Shown here: positions 1 through 12,498 of the stretch, piece after piece
How positions within the stretch are numbered: the first letter of the stretch is position 1
Layout: every line of letters begins with the position of its first letter
Source of the DNA: Octopus vulgaris
Lineage: Eukaryota
Assembly (NCBI GenBank): GCA_951406725.2
Contig: OX597816.1
Location: forward strand, 87,730,001-87,794,000
Length of the DNA: 64,000 nt
Direction of reading: 5' to 3'
The notes under the pieces: generated by a model
The model's database searches: none
Told to the model about the DNA's origin: nothing
What the model saw: the letters and a program-made list of their open reading frames with translations, nothing else
Translations under genes and position numbers: made by a program

Positions 1-1013
1 CTATGATATTGAGGTAAGTTGTGGTTTCTTGTTTTATTATATATATATATATATAAAACTTATATGTTTTTTTTATTGTGTGGCATATCTCAGCCTATGA
101 TAGATATCCTGTATCACAGTTTGTCATTTTAATAAAAATCCATTTGCCCTATATTAACATTTCACTGATCCAGACTGCTTTAATTAGGTTCACAACAAGC
201 AGACACTGTGTGTACTTGTACAGCCTTTTGCTTAGGTCAGTTGGAGCACTGTGTAATTCAATGTTTAATTAGCTTCTGATATTTAACTGAAAATCTTTCA
301 CATGAGGCATCAACTGTTTAGCCCCAGGTCAGCCGGAATGCTGGTCAAATATAGTGATTCATGAGGTTGACTTAGCCCCCCCCCCCCCATCAAAGCTGCT
401 GGCCTGGTGCTTGTATCAAGCAATTTCTTATGGTGGGGATGACAAAACATTGTCGTAAGATAGTGGCTGAACAAATATTACCCTGGGTATTTTTATATGA
501 AAGTGCTTGTTTTTCAGTTTTATCGATGATGTTGACATCTTTTGTTCACATACATCAGCAAAAGACATTCAGCAATCTTCTGCACAGTTTCCTTCCACCG
601 AATTCCACTCACAAGACATTGGTCAAACACCTGTGGCTTCAGTATAAGACACTTGCCCAAAGTGCCGAGTGATGGAATCGAATCTAGAACCATTTAGCAG
701 CAAAACCAAATTTCTTAACCATTTAGCTATGCCCGCAAAAGAAAATTTATATTCTTCTTTGTTTATGCCATATCAGTGACAGAATATTGTCAGAATTTAT
801 TACAACTTTGTAAGAGGATGTGTTCTTGTCATACATCCTTAACCAGTTAAATTCTGGTCATGGGAAATAACGTATCAATAAGGAAGTGAATCATCTTAAT
901 GCATTTAAATACCAAAGATCTCCATATGTCTGTGTGTGTATGTAAATATATGTATGCGCATGTCTCTGCATGTGTATCAATATGTGTGCATGTGTATATT
1001 TATGTGTGTACAC

Positions 1014-1044
<31 letters not shown>

Positions 1045-1256
1045 GTTGTTTGTATATGTATGAATCTATCTATTCTTCTGTCTATATATATATATATATA
1101 CTAGCTTAAGTGTGTATGTATATGCATGAATACATACATATACATCTATGTGTATGCATTCACATATGTGTATATTATACATAAACGCATATTTCTTGAA
1201 ATTAAATATCTTATTCAGTTTTTTCTTTTTTTTTCTCCCCTTCCATTTTCTGACAG

Positions 1257-1344
1257 CATGGCAGTTATGTTACTCGTTACGAATATAATGGAGTTGGAAA
1301 ATGTCCATTTGACCCAAAGCATAACAGCACGGCAATACTCGTAG
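1257..1344 (+). CDS. Sema1a: Semaphorin exon: HGSYVTRYEYNGVGKCPFDPKHNSTAILV (phase 0/1)
   Basis: Polypyrimidine tract + tgacag acceptor, G|gtaagt donor, Sema CP(F/Y)DP.HNST motif. Confidence 0.95.
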
Positions 1345-1813
1345 GTAAGTGATTAGCAGGCTGCTTTTCCAAGTTTGACATAATCGTAACATCTCCAGAA
1401 TTTTGAAACGTTTCTCAGATTTCATAAATTGAGGACTATGGTCCTGTCACTCAAATCCTGCTTTCTGCTAAGCCAAAATGGTAAAAGAGTTTTCACTTGG
1501 TTCAGGGTATTTTTGACATTTCCTGTTTTGTGTGGGTGTATATGTATGTGTATATATATATGTATGTATACACACACACACGTGTGTGTGTGCGTAATAT
1601 ATACATTTTATATATATATATATTACTTATGCTTTTATGAATCATAGCTTCGTTTGTTGTTTCCTCTGGGCCATTTACTGGTTCAATGAATTTATGCCAT
1701 ATGGTATTTTTCTGCTTGATTCACCTATTCATTGAGAATTCTTGCAGTAAGATACACACGCACATAAAATTCTGATCTTCTCATCACCGTTTTACTTTCC
1801 TCAACATCTCATC

Positions 1814-2039
1814 TTAACCCTTTAGCATTCAGACTACTGTCAAATGTGATGCTTATTTATTTAGACTGGTTTGAATTTATCCTGCGTTATCTCTTAGCTT
1901 TGAGATTTCAGTGATATGGCTGTTTATTTTTAGAATGATATTGTAGAGTAGGTGTGAGAGGTAGGATCTAGCCAATTTGAATGCAAAACATGTAGAATAT
2001 CTTAACTTGATATGGCTGGTTTACATGCAAAAGTGTCAA
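1814..2039. mobile_element. piggyBac-type MITE family 1 (TTAA-CCCTTTAGCATT ends)
   Basis: Left TIR intact, right TIR degenerate; homologous to 32579-32811 and 34603-34822. Confidence 0.7.
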
Positions 2040-3905
2040 GCTCAGTTTCTGTCATTGCCCTCTCTTCTATTCTCCCAGTCAAAGGAGTTGAGCCTCCTTA
2101 GTCTTGTAAGTTATAAAGCAGCCTCATTATTGCTGGTGACCTGATAAAACATATTCAATATACTGTAAAGTGATTAGCAAATTGAGCATAGGGTCAAGAA
2201 GACACTTTATTCTTGCCACGGTCATGTGAGCTTCTCCATTACTGGTGCTATGATATAGTGCACCCAGTACTCTGTAAATTGGTTGGTATTAGGAAGAGCA
2301 GCCAGCTGTTGTTTGAGATGTCTAAGTGAAATATGGTCCTCTGATTCAGACTGGGACATCCCATCCGAGCCATGCCAGCATGAATAACATGTTAAATTAA
2401 AAATGATGATGCTGAAGCTGTATATGAATTGCAAGTGATTTAATCTTAAAGTGTGTATTGAAACTAAGGTAACTGCATCATGAAAGAGCCATAAAACTGC
2501 ACAGAAAGCTGTTAAATTCTAGGATGTCCTGAAGAATTGCTATTTTGAATAAGGTAGCATAACAGTTAATCAATCTTTAGAACCTCATGTAAATTGTTAG
2601 ATATCCAAATTTCAGTTGCATATTAAACCCTATTAGTGCTTCATTTGGTTTTCTTTTTTTTTTTTATATTATGTACATTAGAATAATTTAGAGTATATCA
2701 GAGTTTATCTTTTTATTATAGCATCATAAATTATATAATCTTTACAGATGTTTCACTTGTGAATATTAGTAATCATTATGTAGTTGATTGCATGATAATA
2801 TCGAAATGCCAGGTCTTCAGAAGAAAACGATAATTCAATCCACTATTATTTACCAGCAGCAGGCAGTTGCATTTTAAGATACAACTGTACAGACTTAAGA
2901 GAATCATCTTTTTTATAGCAGTGAAGAAGAAAAAGACTTAGTTTAAATTTATCAGAAAATAAAGAAAAGAAGGAAGATGTATATGAGGAAGAACTGTAGT
3001 TACTATCTTACTGTTCAGGATTTTGTATATTAGTATTACACCTGTCATAGCTATTTGATTCAACATTAATCATTAGATTTTTTTTGTATATATATTATAT
3101 TTTGTTATGGTTTTTATCTCTTTCTAGTTGCTTATTCACTCTGAAGAGATTTAGAATCACTAATTTCATTTGCTAGTTTTATTAAATTTTTCCAACTCTC
3201 AGTAAAATTATCTATTTTGTTTATGGTTATATTAGGTTTTTATTAATTTCATTCCTAGATCTACAGCTAGTTATGTTATCATTCTGGTTAATTATATTAG
3301 CTATGATTATACTAGTATTATCACTTATTCATTTATTTGCAGTATTTTTACGCTCGGAAGGTTGAGTTAAGAGGTTGTGTGGTGCATTAATGTTTCAGAT
3401 GTTTATGTAGAAATTATGCTAAATTTAGAGTTATTTCTATCAGTGGATGTAATAATTTGGATTTAGTATTGGAAACGGTGAATAAAACATTCACTGGTAT
3501 TGTGGAACAGACACCCAGCTGAATAGAAATCTACTATGTGCCCACTGTGTGACACATTGGGTGTCTTCTACTACAGCGCTGGGTCAACTGAAGCCTTTCT
3601 GAGGAGATATGGTTTCCAAACCTGAGAGAAGCCTCTTTTATGTGTGTGTGGCATCAGTTGGATGGTTTGACTAGAACAGATGAGTCAGAGAGCTCTGCTA
3701 GGCTCTAATGCCTGCTTTGGCATGATTTCTACTGCTGGATATCCTTCCTTAATGTCAACCACTTAACAGTGTGTGTGTGTATGTATATATAGATATATAG
3801 CTTTATATATATATTCACAGAGAGAGAGAGAGAGAGAGAGATAAAATGGTAAGACAACAAAAGAAAGAAAGAGACCTCGATATTATGTAAATAGAAGAAT
3901 TTATC

Positions 3906-4189
3906 TGTAAATGTAATATGTGACAATTATTCGGTAGCCATGTTAAAACTCTGCACTTCGGATGCCAAGGTGGAAATCCAAGCTGCCATCTCTTCAGTTA
4001 TCCGGCCATTGGAAAAATGCTATGAAAAATGACCGTTATATAAAGGGCCCTATCTATAATGGTCATTTTTCATAGCATTTTTCCGATGGCCGGATAACTG
4101 AAGAGATGGCGGTCTGGATTTCCACCTCGGCATCCGAAACTCGGAGTTTTATCATGGCAACCGAATAATTGTCACATATTACATTTACA
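3906..4189. mobile_element. 284-bp ungapped foldback element, probably inverted Penelope-like terminal repeats
   Basis: Two 142-bp arms symmetric about GGG|CCC (4047/4048), with scattered mismatches; each arm carries a hammerhead-like core. Confidence 0.7.
4089..4158 (+). ncRNA. Type I hammerhead ribozyme motif (minimal Penelope-type)
   Basis: Stem I GATAA(4093-97)/TTATC(4149-53); CTGAAGA 4098-4104; stem II GATG.../...CATC; GAAA 4136-39; stem III ACTC-G-GAGT; GUU cleavage triplet ending at 4148. Confidence 0.7.
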
Positions 4190-4825
4190 CACACACACAT
4201 ATGTATGTGTGTGTGTCTCCTCATCTTGTTTCTTGACATCATCTGCTAATAGTAAATGGACATTACTGTCATAAAGGCAATGTTGTTCCTTTGCGTTCTT
4301 CCCTGAAAGCATATTAACTTGCTCAGAAATGGACAAGTGTTAATGACAGGAAAGGCATCCACCCATAGAAATTCTACCTTAACTAAATTTCATGTGACCC
4401 ATGCAGGCATGGAACACTGTTAAAATGATGGATGGCAACAAAATAGTAATAGTATCGTTTGAATACATAAACAGGTAAAAAAAAAGGTATTCAGTAAACA
4501 GATTTTATACTTTTATTTAATATTAAAGCAGCCCTCTCACTCATCTCTCCAGATAATCAATATATTTTCTGTGTTTTTCGGGGTTTTTTTTTTAAGATCA
4601 TATACAGCATGTGAGAAACATGAGTAGCTGTACATTACCATTAACAACATGATCGTTGTGTAGTTTTCATGAACTTCCACTCGCTTCACCCTCGTCCTCA
4701 CCATCCTCTTCATTATTATAATTGCGATTGATGCACTGGAATTGTGTCAGTGACCAGGTCATAGATGTACAATGGAAAAACCTTTGATATTCCGGAGTAT
4801 ACAATACTATCATCACAAAAAAAAT

Positions 4826-4998
4826 GTGTATATATATATATAATATATATATATGTATGTATGTATATGTATATGTATATATGTGTATGTATATATGTAT
4901 GTATATATATGTATGTATGTATATGTATGTATATATATATGTATGTATATATATATATATGTATATATATGTATGTATATATATATATATATAATATA
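4826..4998. repeat. Compound (TA)n/(TATG)n microsatellite
   Basis: Direct inspection. Confidence 0.95.
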
Positions 4999-5216
4999 AA
5001 AAACAAAATTAGATGTAGCAGTATATCTGTATTTTAAATAGCTATCATGTCTCTTTTCACTATATATAAACTGTTTTAGTTTCAACTCAGATCAATACCA
5101 GATCAATTGACTTGCCAAACAACTACAATTCCAATTATCTTTGTTTCTTTTTTTTTTTACTTCTCTTTCTTTCTTTTTTTTTTCATTTGTTTCTTTCTTC
5201 CTCTTTTTTTTTGCAG

Positions 5217-5321
5217 ACAAACATCTCTTTACTGCCACAGTTACAGATACATCAGGTCGGGATCCTTTAATATTTAGGGAGATGATCCGTACAGAACAAC
5301 ACGACTCCAGATGGCTAAATG
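5217..5321 (+). CDS. Sema1a: Semaphorin exon: DKHLFTATVTDTSGRDPLIFREMIRTEQHDSRWLN (phase 1/1)
   Basis: ttgcag acceptor, G|gtaaag donor, RTEQ.DS.WLN motif. Confidence 0.95.
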
Positions 5322-5582
5322 GTAAAGAACTTTGTTTCTCTTTTGTTTTTCAAGATAAATCTCTCTCTTTCACACCACCACTTCCCCATCTCTCTCTCTC
5401 TCTCTCTCTCTCTTCATTGATTTGATTTGATATTTTTCTGTAATTTTTTTTTTCTTTTTGTCTTCATTTCCGTTAAAATCCTTGTCCATTATTGTATTTC
5501 ACATTTTTTCATGTTTTTGTTTCATTTTCTCTTTCTTTGTTCATCATAACATTTCAGCTGTGCATTCATTATACATGCATAC

Positions 5583-5619
<37 letters not shown>

Positions 5620-6335
5620 ACACACATGGTACATAATTTTCATACAGGGTTGTTGAATTTCAACATGTGGGCTTTCCACAGTTGTTGTTATTGTTGTTCT
5701 TATTGTCTTTTCTCTCTGCCATTCTCCTCTTCCTTTTTCATGAAGGAAACTTATTTCTTTTAGTTAAAACCCAATTTCTTTATTAGAAGAATTCAAAAGA
5801 CATACCAAAAAGGAGACACACATGCATTCACACACAAAAACAAATTAAATGTTTTGTATATGTGTATGAGTTTAGATAGACAGACAGATAGATAGATAGA
5901 TAGATCCAATGTAGGCTCAGGCATAGCTATGTGGTGAAGAAGTTTTCTTTGTAATCATATGGTTTGAGTTCAGTCCCACTCTGTGGCATCTTGGCTAAGT
6001 GTCTTCTACTATGTAGCTGCAAGCTGACAAAAGCCTTGTGAGTGAATTGGTAACAGAAACTATAGGAAGCCTATTGTATGTGTATGTGCATGTACATATA
6101 AATGTGCGTGGGTGTTGATATCCCATGATTTTGCTTAAGTAAAATGATGATACATTTAAGTTCTTTAACATCATACCCAATCATTTCGCACTTTTGAAAA
6201 CCTGTGGAAGAAGAAATCTTTTATTTGAAAAACATTTAAGTATTGGCAACAGGTAGAACATCCAGCCATAAAATCTTGCTTCAAATACGTCCCCATCTTA
6301 ACCCATTCTAGCATAGAAAAGTAGATGTTAAGCAA

Positions 6336-6385
<50 letters not shown>

Positions 6386-6530
6386 AACGTACATACACAT
6401 TTAACCCATAATTGTTTGTCTGATAATCTATACTTTGTTTCACCTTTGGCTTTTAAGGAATTCCTGAAGAGCTATAGGTGAAACAAAATATATTTTCCAG
6501 TTTTATATTTAAGTGATGAGAAATTATGTA

Positions 6531-6798
6531 CATTATTTACATTATGTACATATGCCCATGGGCATATGGCATAGTGGTTAAGAGCATGGGCTACTAAACC
6601 CAAGATTCCGAGTTCAATTCTAAGCAGTGACCTGAACAGCAATAATAATAATAACAACATCAAAAAATACCTTAGGAATGAGAACCTAGGTTCAAAATTT
6701 CCCCAAGACACCTGAAAAAGGCTGGAGGGTATATCATCCGAAACGTTGTGTTAACAACAAACAAGATGAGGACAAATAGCTGTCTAATGTAAATAATG
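6531..6798 (+). mobile_element. tRNA-headed SINE-like element with hammerhead-containing (Penelope-like) tail
   Basis: A box TGGCATAGTGG 6567-77, B box GTTCAATTC 6612-20, (AAT)n linker, hammerhead-like motif 6707-6752, 14-bp inverted ends 6531-44/6785-98. Confidence 0.65.
6707..6752 (+). ncRNA. Degenerate minimal hammerhead ribozyme
   Basis: ACAC/GTGT stem I, CTGAAAA (G-to-A in CUGANGA), GGCTG/CATCC stem II with one mismatch, GAAA, palindromic ACGT stem III, GUU triplet. Confidence 0.55.
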
Positions 6799-7276
6799 AA
6801 AATATATTTTGTTAGACTAATGATTATAACTTAAATACTTATTTATTCTCAGACTTAGAGTTCTTTATCCTAAGTGGCTGAATTTATCTATCTGATTGGA
6901 CAATTTGCCTGAATCAATACAACTCTTCCATACTAGATGTCGTGGTTTTCCGTAGCAGTTTTCACTTCCTGAACCTGATATCCAGTGTGTTCCGCAAGTT
7001 GATTGATATACAGAACTCTCGGTCTGCTGATACCTGTATGTCCATGCAGGGGTGGAGTGGAGTTGGTAGTGAGGGGTGTGGTCTTCCTAGCATAATGTGT
7101 TTCTTCGTTCTCTGGTTACCGAAGTGATGGTAGTAAGACTTGCCATACAGTCGCTGTAATACTGTTTTATTACACCTTGCTGAAACAAATGACAATAAAG
7201 AAAAAAGGAACACTACCACCTACAATAACTACTACAGTAATGAAGTTGGCTGATGTTTTCTTTTTTTTTTTTTCAG

Positions 7277-7365
7277 AACCTGACTTTGTCAGCTCTTTTG
7301 AATATGGCGATAAAGTTTATTTCATTTATAGAGAAGCAGCTGTTGAAAACATAAACTGTGGGAAG
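7277..7365 (+). CDS. Sema1a: Semaphorin exon: EPDFVSSFEYGDKVYFIYREAAVENINCGK (phase 1/0)
   Basis: tttcag acceptor, AAG|gtata donor, EP.FV.S...VYF..RE.AVE..NCGK motif. Confidence 0.95.
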
Positions 7366-7439
7366 GTATACTATTTTATTATACCTTTTTTTTTTACTTC
7401 TTATTTTATCTTTTTTTTTTTTACTGTTTTGGTGATGCT

Positions 7440-7925
7440 GTAACCCCTTAGCATTTAGCTTACTTTATGAAATGTAATACTTAGTTAGTCACTTTGTGTT
7501 TCAGTGCTGGTGCCACATAAAAAAAAATAAATAAAGTCCACATAGTAAAGTGGATGGCATTTGGAGGAGCATCGAACTGTAAAAAAAAAATCTTGCCTGT
7601 TTTGGTGCCACATAAAAAGCACTCAGTCCACTCTACAGGAAGGGCATCCAGCTGTAAAAACCCTGCCAAAACAGACAGTGAAGCATGGTGCAGTCTTCTG
7701 CCTAGCCAGCTCTTGTCAAACTGTCCATCTCATGCCAGCATGGAAAGTGGACATTAAATGATATTGACGATGGTGATGGTGATTGTTTTCAATGAATCAT
7801 GTGTTATCTTGGAGCTTTCAGATTTCGATGATGTAATCGTTTAGTTTTAGAATGACATTGTAGGGTAGGTGTGAGAGACCAAATCTGCCCTCTTTGAACA
7901 TAAAGCAGTTAATTATTAGTTTAAA
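7440..7925. mobile_element. MITE family 1 copy interrupted by a SINE (~7490-7782)
   Basis: taaccccttagcatt at 7441; MITE internal sequence (gatttcgatgatg...gaatgacattgtagggtaggtgtgagag) resumes after the SINE (ATG)n tail. Confidence 0.55.
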
Positions 7926-8292
7926 TCCTGGTGAAGCTGACTCTACTTTTCAGTTTCTCTAGGCTAGAAATCATTATAGTGTTTTCAAAATCCAGATGTG
8001 TGCATGTGAGAAAGAAAGAAAGAGAGTGTGTGTATGTCTGTGTGATATACAGTACATAAATAAATAATTAATGTAAAAATAGTGGTAACAAAGCCCATTG
8101 CAAAATACTACAATTTTTGTAAAAATAAATTCCATCAACAAAATATTGAAGAATTTTTCTTTAAGCTACTTATTTTGTATTTCATCAAATTCCATCAAGA
8201 GGCAAAATAGATAAATATGAAAAATTCCTTTTCTGTTTTCCTTTTTACTTGAAAATTTACAGACGCGTGCTCTCATACACACACACACATGA

Positions 8293-8330
<38 letters not shown>

Positions 8331-8656
8331 AGTCACCCTCACACATATATATATTTACATTTCTATGTACTTTCAATATATTTTTCCTCTCCTTTCTCTC
8401 TTCCTTTCTTTTCATCTTCTTTCCTCAATATTGAAATGACATTTGCAGTTGTTTAATGAAACTAGGTTTTAGTGTAAGAAGATCTATTTTAGACATGTGT
8501 AGCCGCAGCTGGTCGGTTGTGCAAGGATAGATAGTGCATTTGCATAGTTTCTGACATGCCTCCAAAACCATATATTGTGAACAAAATTAGATTTGTCTTT
8601 TATATACATCTATCTATCTATGTATCTATCTATCTATCTCTCTCTCTATCTATTAT

Positions 8657-8687
<31 letters not shown>

Positions 8688-8699
8688 ATATATATATAT

Positions 8700-8740
<41 letters not shown>

Positions 8741-9010
8741 TTCAAAAACATATTTGCACAAATGAATTTCAAAGAATTTCTGAATGAATGAACAAATATT
8801 TAATAGAATATACCGAGATTTGTTTTGTATTGTCTTGATTTCTTTAGCCAGAAGGTGAAGGGGAGTACACTGCAGAGACACTGTGGGTGTTTTATTTTGA
8901 CAAAAGGAGTAGAATTGGATTTTATGTTTCAAAATTTCCAAAATATAGATTCACTTTAAAAGCAAGGACACTATGATGCAGTTAAGATTTGAAGATATTC
9001 GATTGGTGCT

Positions 9011-9228
9011 TTAACCCTTTCGATATCAACCCGGCTGAAACTGGCTCTGGCTTTGTAGTACAAATGTCTTGGTTCCATAAGTTTTGAATTAAAATCTTCC
9101 ACCACACCTTAGCCACAATTTATGTTCCTAATGATAACTAAGTTATTTTACTAAATTCTTTGTTACATTTAAAATTAATTGAACGGAACACAGAGATCTC
9201 AAAATAAATACAGTAATAAATGGGTTAA
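9011..9228. mobile_element. piggyBac-type MITE family 2 (opposite orientation to 42091 copy)
   Basis: TTAA-CCCTTTCG ... GGG-TTAA; internal sequence is the reverse complement of 42091-42320. Confidence 0.8.
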
Positions 9229-9339
9229 AATACTGAAGATTTTTGCTCATTATTGTTGTTGAATACACACTTACACTTATATAGATTTGAATCTTTCAAG
9301 ACTTCATTGTTACATAACCTTTGTTTTGTTCTACACTAG

Positions 9340-9481
9340 GTGGTTTTTTCTCGTATCGCTCGAGTTTGCAAAGCAGATCAAGGAGGTCTGAGGTCACTAG
9401 GTGGAATCTGGACAACTTTCTACAAAGCACGGTTAAATTGCTCAATTCCAGGAGAATTCCCATTTTACTTCAATGAAGTTG
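9340..9481 (+). CDS. Sema1a: Semaphorin exon: [47 protein letters not shown] (phase 0/1)
   Basis: cactag acceptor, G|gtgagt donor, core Sema-domain motifs. Confidence 0.97.
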
Positions 9482-11234
9482 GTGAGTTACAACTGCTTTC
9501 TCTTCTTAAAACTATGTTGATATATCCTTTCAGAATGCTTTAAGTGGTCTTTCACTTTTAATGTACCTTGTAGGAAACATCATACTAAGAAGGTATTTTG
9601 TCCCAAGTGTATCCCTAATCAAGCAAGCCTATAATTAAGGACATTCATCTTGTGGCCATCACATTTGTTTTTATTTTTCAAACTACAGTATCTAATATGT
9701 TCTTTACAAACTGTTAGATTATGGTCTGAAAGTAATTTGCTTATTGTTTCGAGAAGTTCAAATGATCACATTGAGGCTTCCTCATTGTCTATTTGAGTCA
9801 TCTGCTGACCAGCAGCATAGTCTGAATGTCTGTAAGAGTTTGAACTGGCTTCTTGTTAATTATTTATTTGGTAAAAAAAGGGTAAAGACCCCCTTCAGCC
9901 ATGAATGACCATGGAGTTGCACCTAGAAAGTTACTCCCTGAGGCACAAGTCCCGGTAAGGCTGGGAAAGGCAAAGCTGAAACAGTTTGGCACCAGTGACA
10001 TTGCAACTCATTTCTATAAAAGAATGAACTGGAGTAACGTGAAATAAAGTGTCTTGCTCAAGAACACAACATAAAGCTAATCAGGGAATCGAATTCACTA
10101 CCTTACAATTACGAGCCTGATGCTCTAACCACTGAGCCATGCACCTTCACTTAGCCATGCCCTATCTATTTAGTACTAGGATATCAAAATGGTTGAGTAT
10201 GTGTTGTGACATCATAATGATCAAAGTTGATGTTGTGATATCACAGTATTAGCACAGCATGGAGATAGTTAGAAAGTGTTACTCAGTATAAAGTAAAAGG
10301 ATATCAAAATATTTGGATAGTTATGATGTTAAAATACATCAGTGTGATAAAACAATGTGAGAGTAAAACATTAAAGTGCCACAGTTTAGGGACAAGTGTT
10401 ATGGTATAATGTATTGTAGTATCTTGTGTAAGGATTACAGCAATATTAAAGCCAGGGCTATGATGCCATAAAGTTTTATGAGAGCTGGTGGAAGCATATC
10501 ATCCGCTTCTCTCATTAAATACTTGAACTAGTGTTGTGCTATCATAAAATGTTAATATCACTTGCCTCATAACATAGCTAGTAAGTGTTATAACATGATA
10601 TCATACGGTAATTTTATGCCAAGTGTGAGGATTATCAGGTTTTAAGTAAATGATATATGCTCTAACCTGTTATAACATCAAATCTTTAGATATTATATTG
10701 TAATATCAAAATGAGTGTTATGATATCATAATTGTATTTAATATCATTAACCTTAAGAGTTTGGTGTTGAAACAAATGTGATGGTATGATGAAGGTATAA
10801 ATAAAACGATATAAAATTTATGAAACTATTATAATTTTTTATTTTGATATTAAAAAGCTGAACAAGTGTAGTTATACCACAAAATGTTATAAATATCAAG
10901 TATTAGGATATTCTAAAGTTGAAACCTGTTTTGATTATTAATATGTATTATGCTATTGATTGTTAGAATATCACTATATTGTAGCAAGGGTTTCACTATC
11001 GTTATTATATATACTCATAAAAAGAGTCATATTTTTATGATTAGATTTATGGGGTCAAATTGTACATAGATACTACTTTTTAAAGGCTGAGATTCATACT
11101 AGGATACAAAATACCATATCAGTAGCAGAAACCTTATGATCTCTTAAATAAGAAAAAAAATGCACAATGAAGTACAATAAAAAAAATCTGATTTGGTGCA
11201 TTAAAACACACATACTACTAAATAGTAACAAATA

Positions 11235-11527
11235 TAAGGCAACATATCTTGGCTCAGTGGGTAGTGTGTTTGATTCTTGTATCGAGCTGAGTGTTGTGTT
11301 CTTGAGCAAGATGCTTTATTTCATGTTGCCCTAGTCCACTCATCTGTAGAAATGAGCTGTAGCATCACTGATGCCAAGCTGTATTAGCCTTTGTTTTTCC
11401 CTTGGATGACATTAGTGGGAAGGCTGGTATGCGTGGTCTTCCATAAACAACCTTGCTCAGACTTGTGCCTCAGAGGGGAACTTTCTAGGTGCAATCCCAA
11501 TGGTCATTGATGACCGAAATGGATCTT
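11235..11527 (+). mobile_element. SINE family C with second tail type; also 9882-10150 (-). Other tails at 27508-27720 and 49388-49700
   Basis: Shared gtgttcttgagcaa.acactt.atttcac.ttgctccagt.cactcagctg core. Confidence 0.75.
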
Positions 11528-12404
11528 TTTTTTTTTTTTTTTTTAGAAGCTTCTTTACACTTATAATCACCACACAGTACAGGTCTATTATCTGTGAAGA
11601 ACTTGGAATGACTTCTACTTGTACCTGAACTTCCACCAGGACACTTCATCACCACTACATATCTCTTTAGAGATACTCCTGATTCATTCTCACTATCTCT
11701 CCTAAATTTTAGTAGCCATGTAGCTCCCTGACAATAAGAACCTGCTCTACCTCACCCCTGCTCTCATACTTTAACCCCGACTCCCATCTGCAATCATCTA
11801 GCATAAAGAAGCCCCCTGCTCTTCCTCAATAGTGCTAGTGGCATGGAAAAAGCACATTGCACATGTTGTAAAGTGGTTGGCGTTAGGGATGGCATGTAGC
11901 CATATGAACGATGCAGGACAGGCAATGGAACCTGATGCAGCCCCTGGCCTTACCAGTTCTGGTGAAACCATCCAATTCATGCCAGCATGGTAAACAGATG
12001 TTAAATGATGATGGTGATGATACTCAGTGATATGGTTACAAAAACAGAATTTATGCTACAATGAAATGTGTTATTATATAATGATGATGATGATGAAGTT
12101 AATTAGCAAAATTATTATTTTGCATGTTTATAACAAAGAGGCTGTTAATGTTATGAAATGCTAAAATATGAGAGTGTTGCTATATAAAAATTTAGAATCT
12201 TGTAATATTTATATGATGTGATAATATTTCACTATATAACAGTATTACTATATCATTATGATATGACGTAAGGTCATATTGTTTGAATATTACAGAATGA
12301 GATTAGGGATTCTTTTATGATATTGCTGTGATATGATGTATTTTTGGAGCATACAAATAACATGCAATGTATTTCTTTATTCCGTTTTTTTAATATCATT
12401 TCAG

Positions 12405-12498
12405 AACATGCAACTAATGTCTTAAGCGGGAACCATGTCTCCTCTAGGAAATTTGATAAAAGTCATGATATCTTTTACGCAATATTCAATACACCTGA
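12405..12498 (+). CDS. Sema1a: Semaphorin exon: EHATNVLSGNHVSSRKFDKSHDIFYAIFNTP (phase 1/2)
   Basis: tttcag acceptor, GA|gtgagt donor, Y..FNTP motif; bridges the phases of the flanking exons; not in ORF track. Confidence 0.9.
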
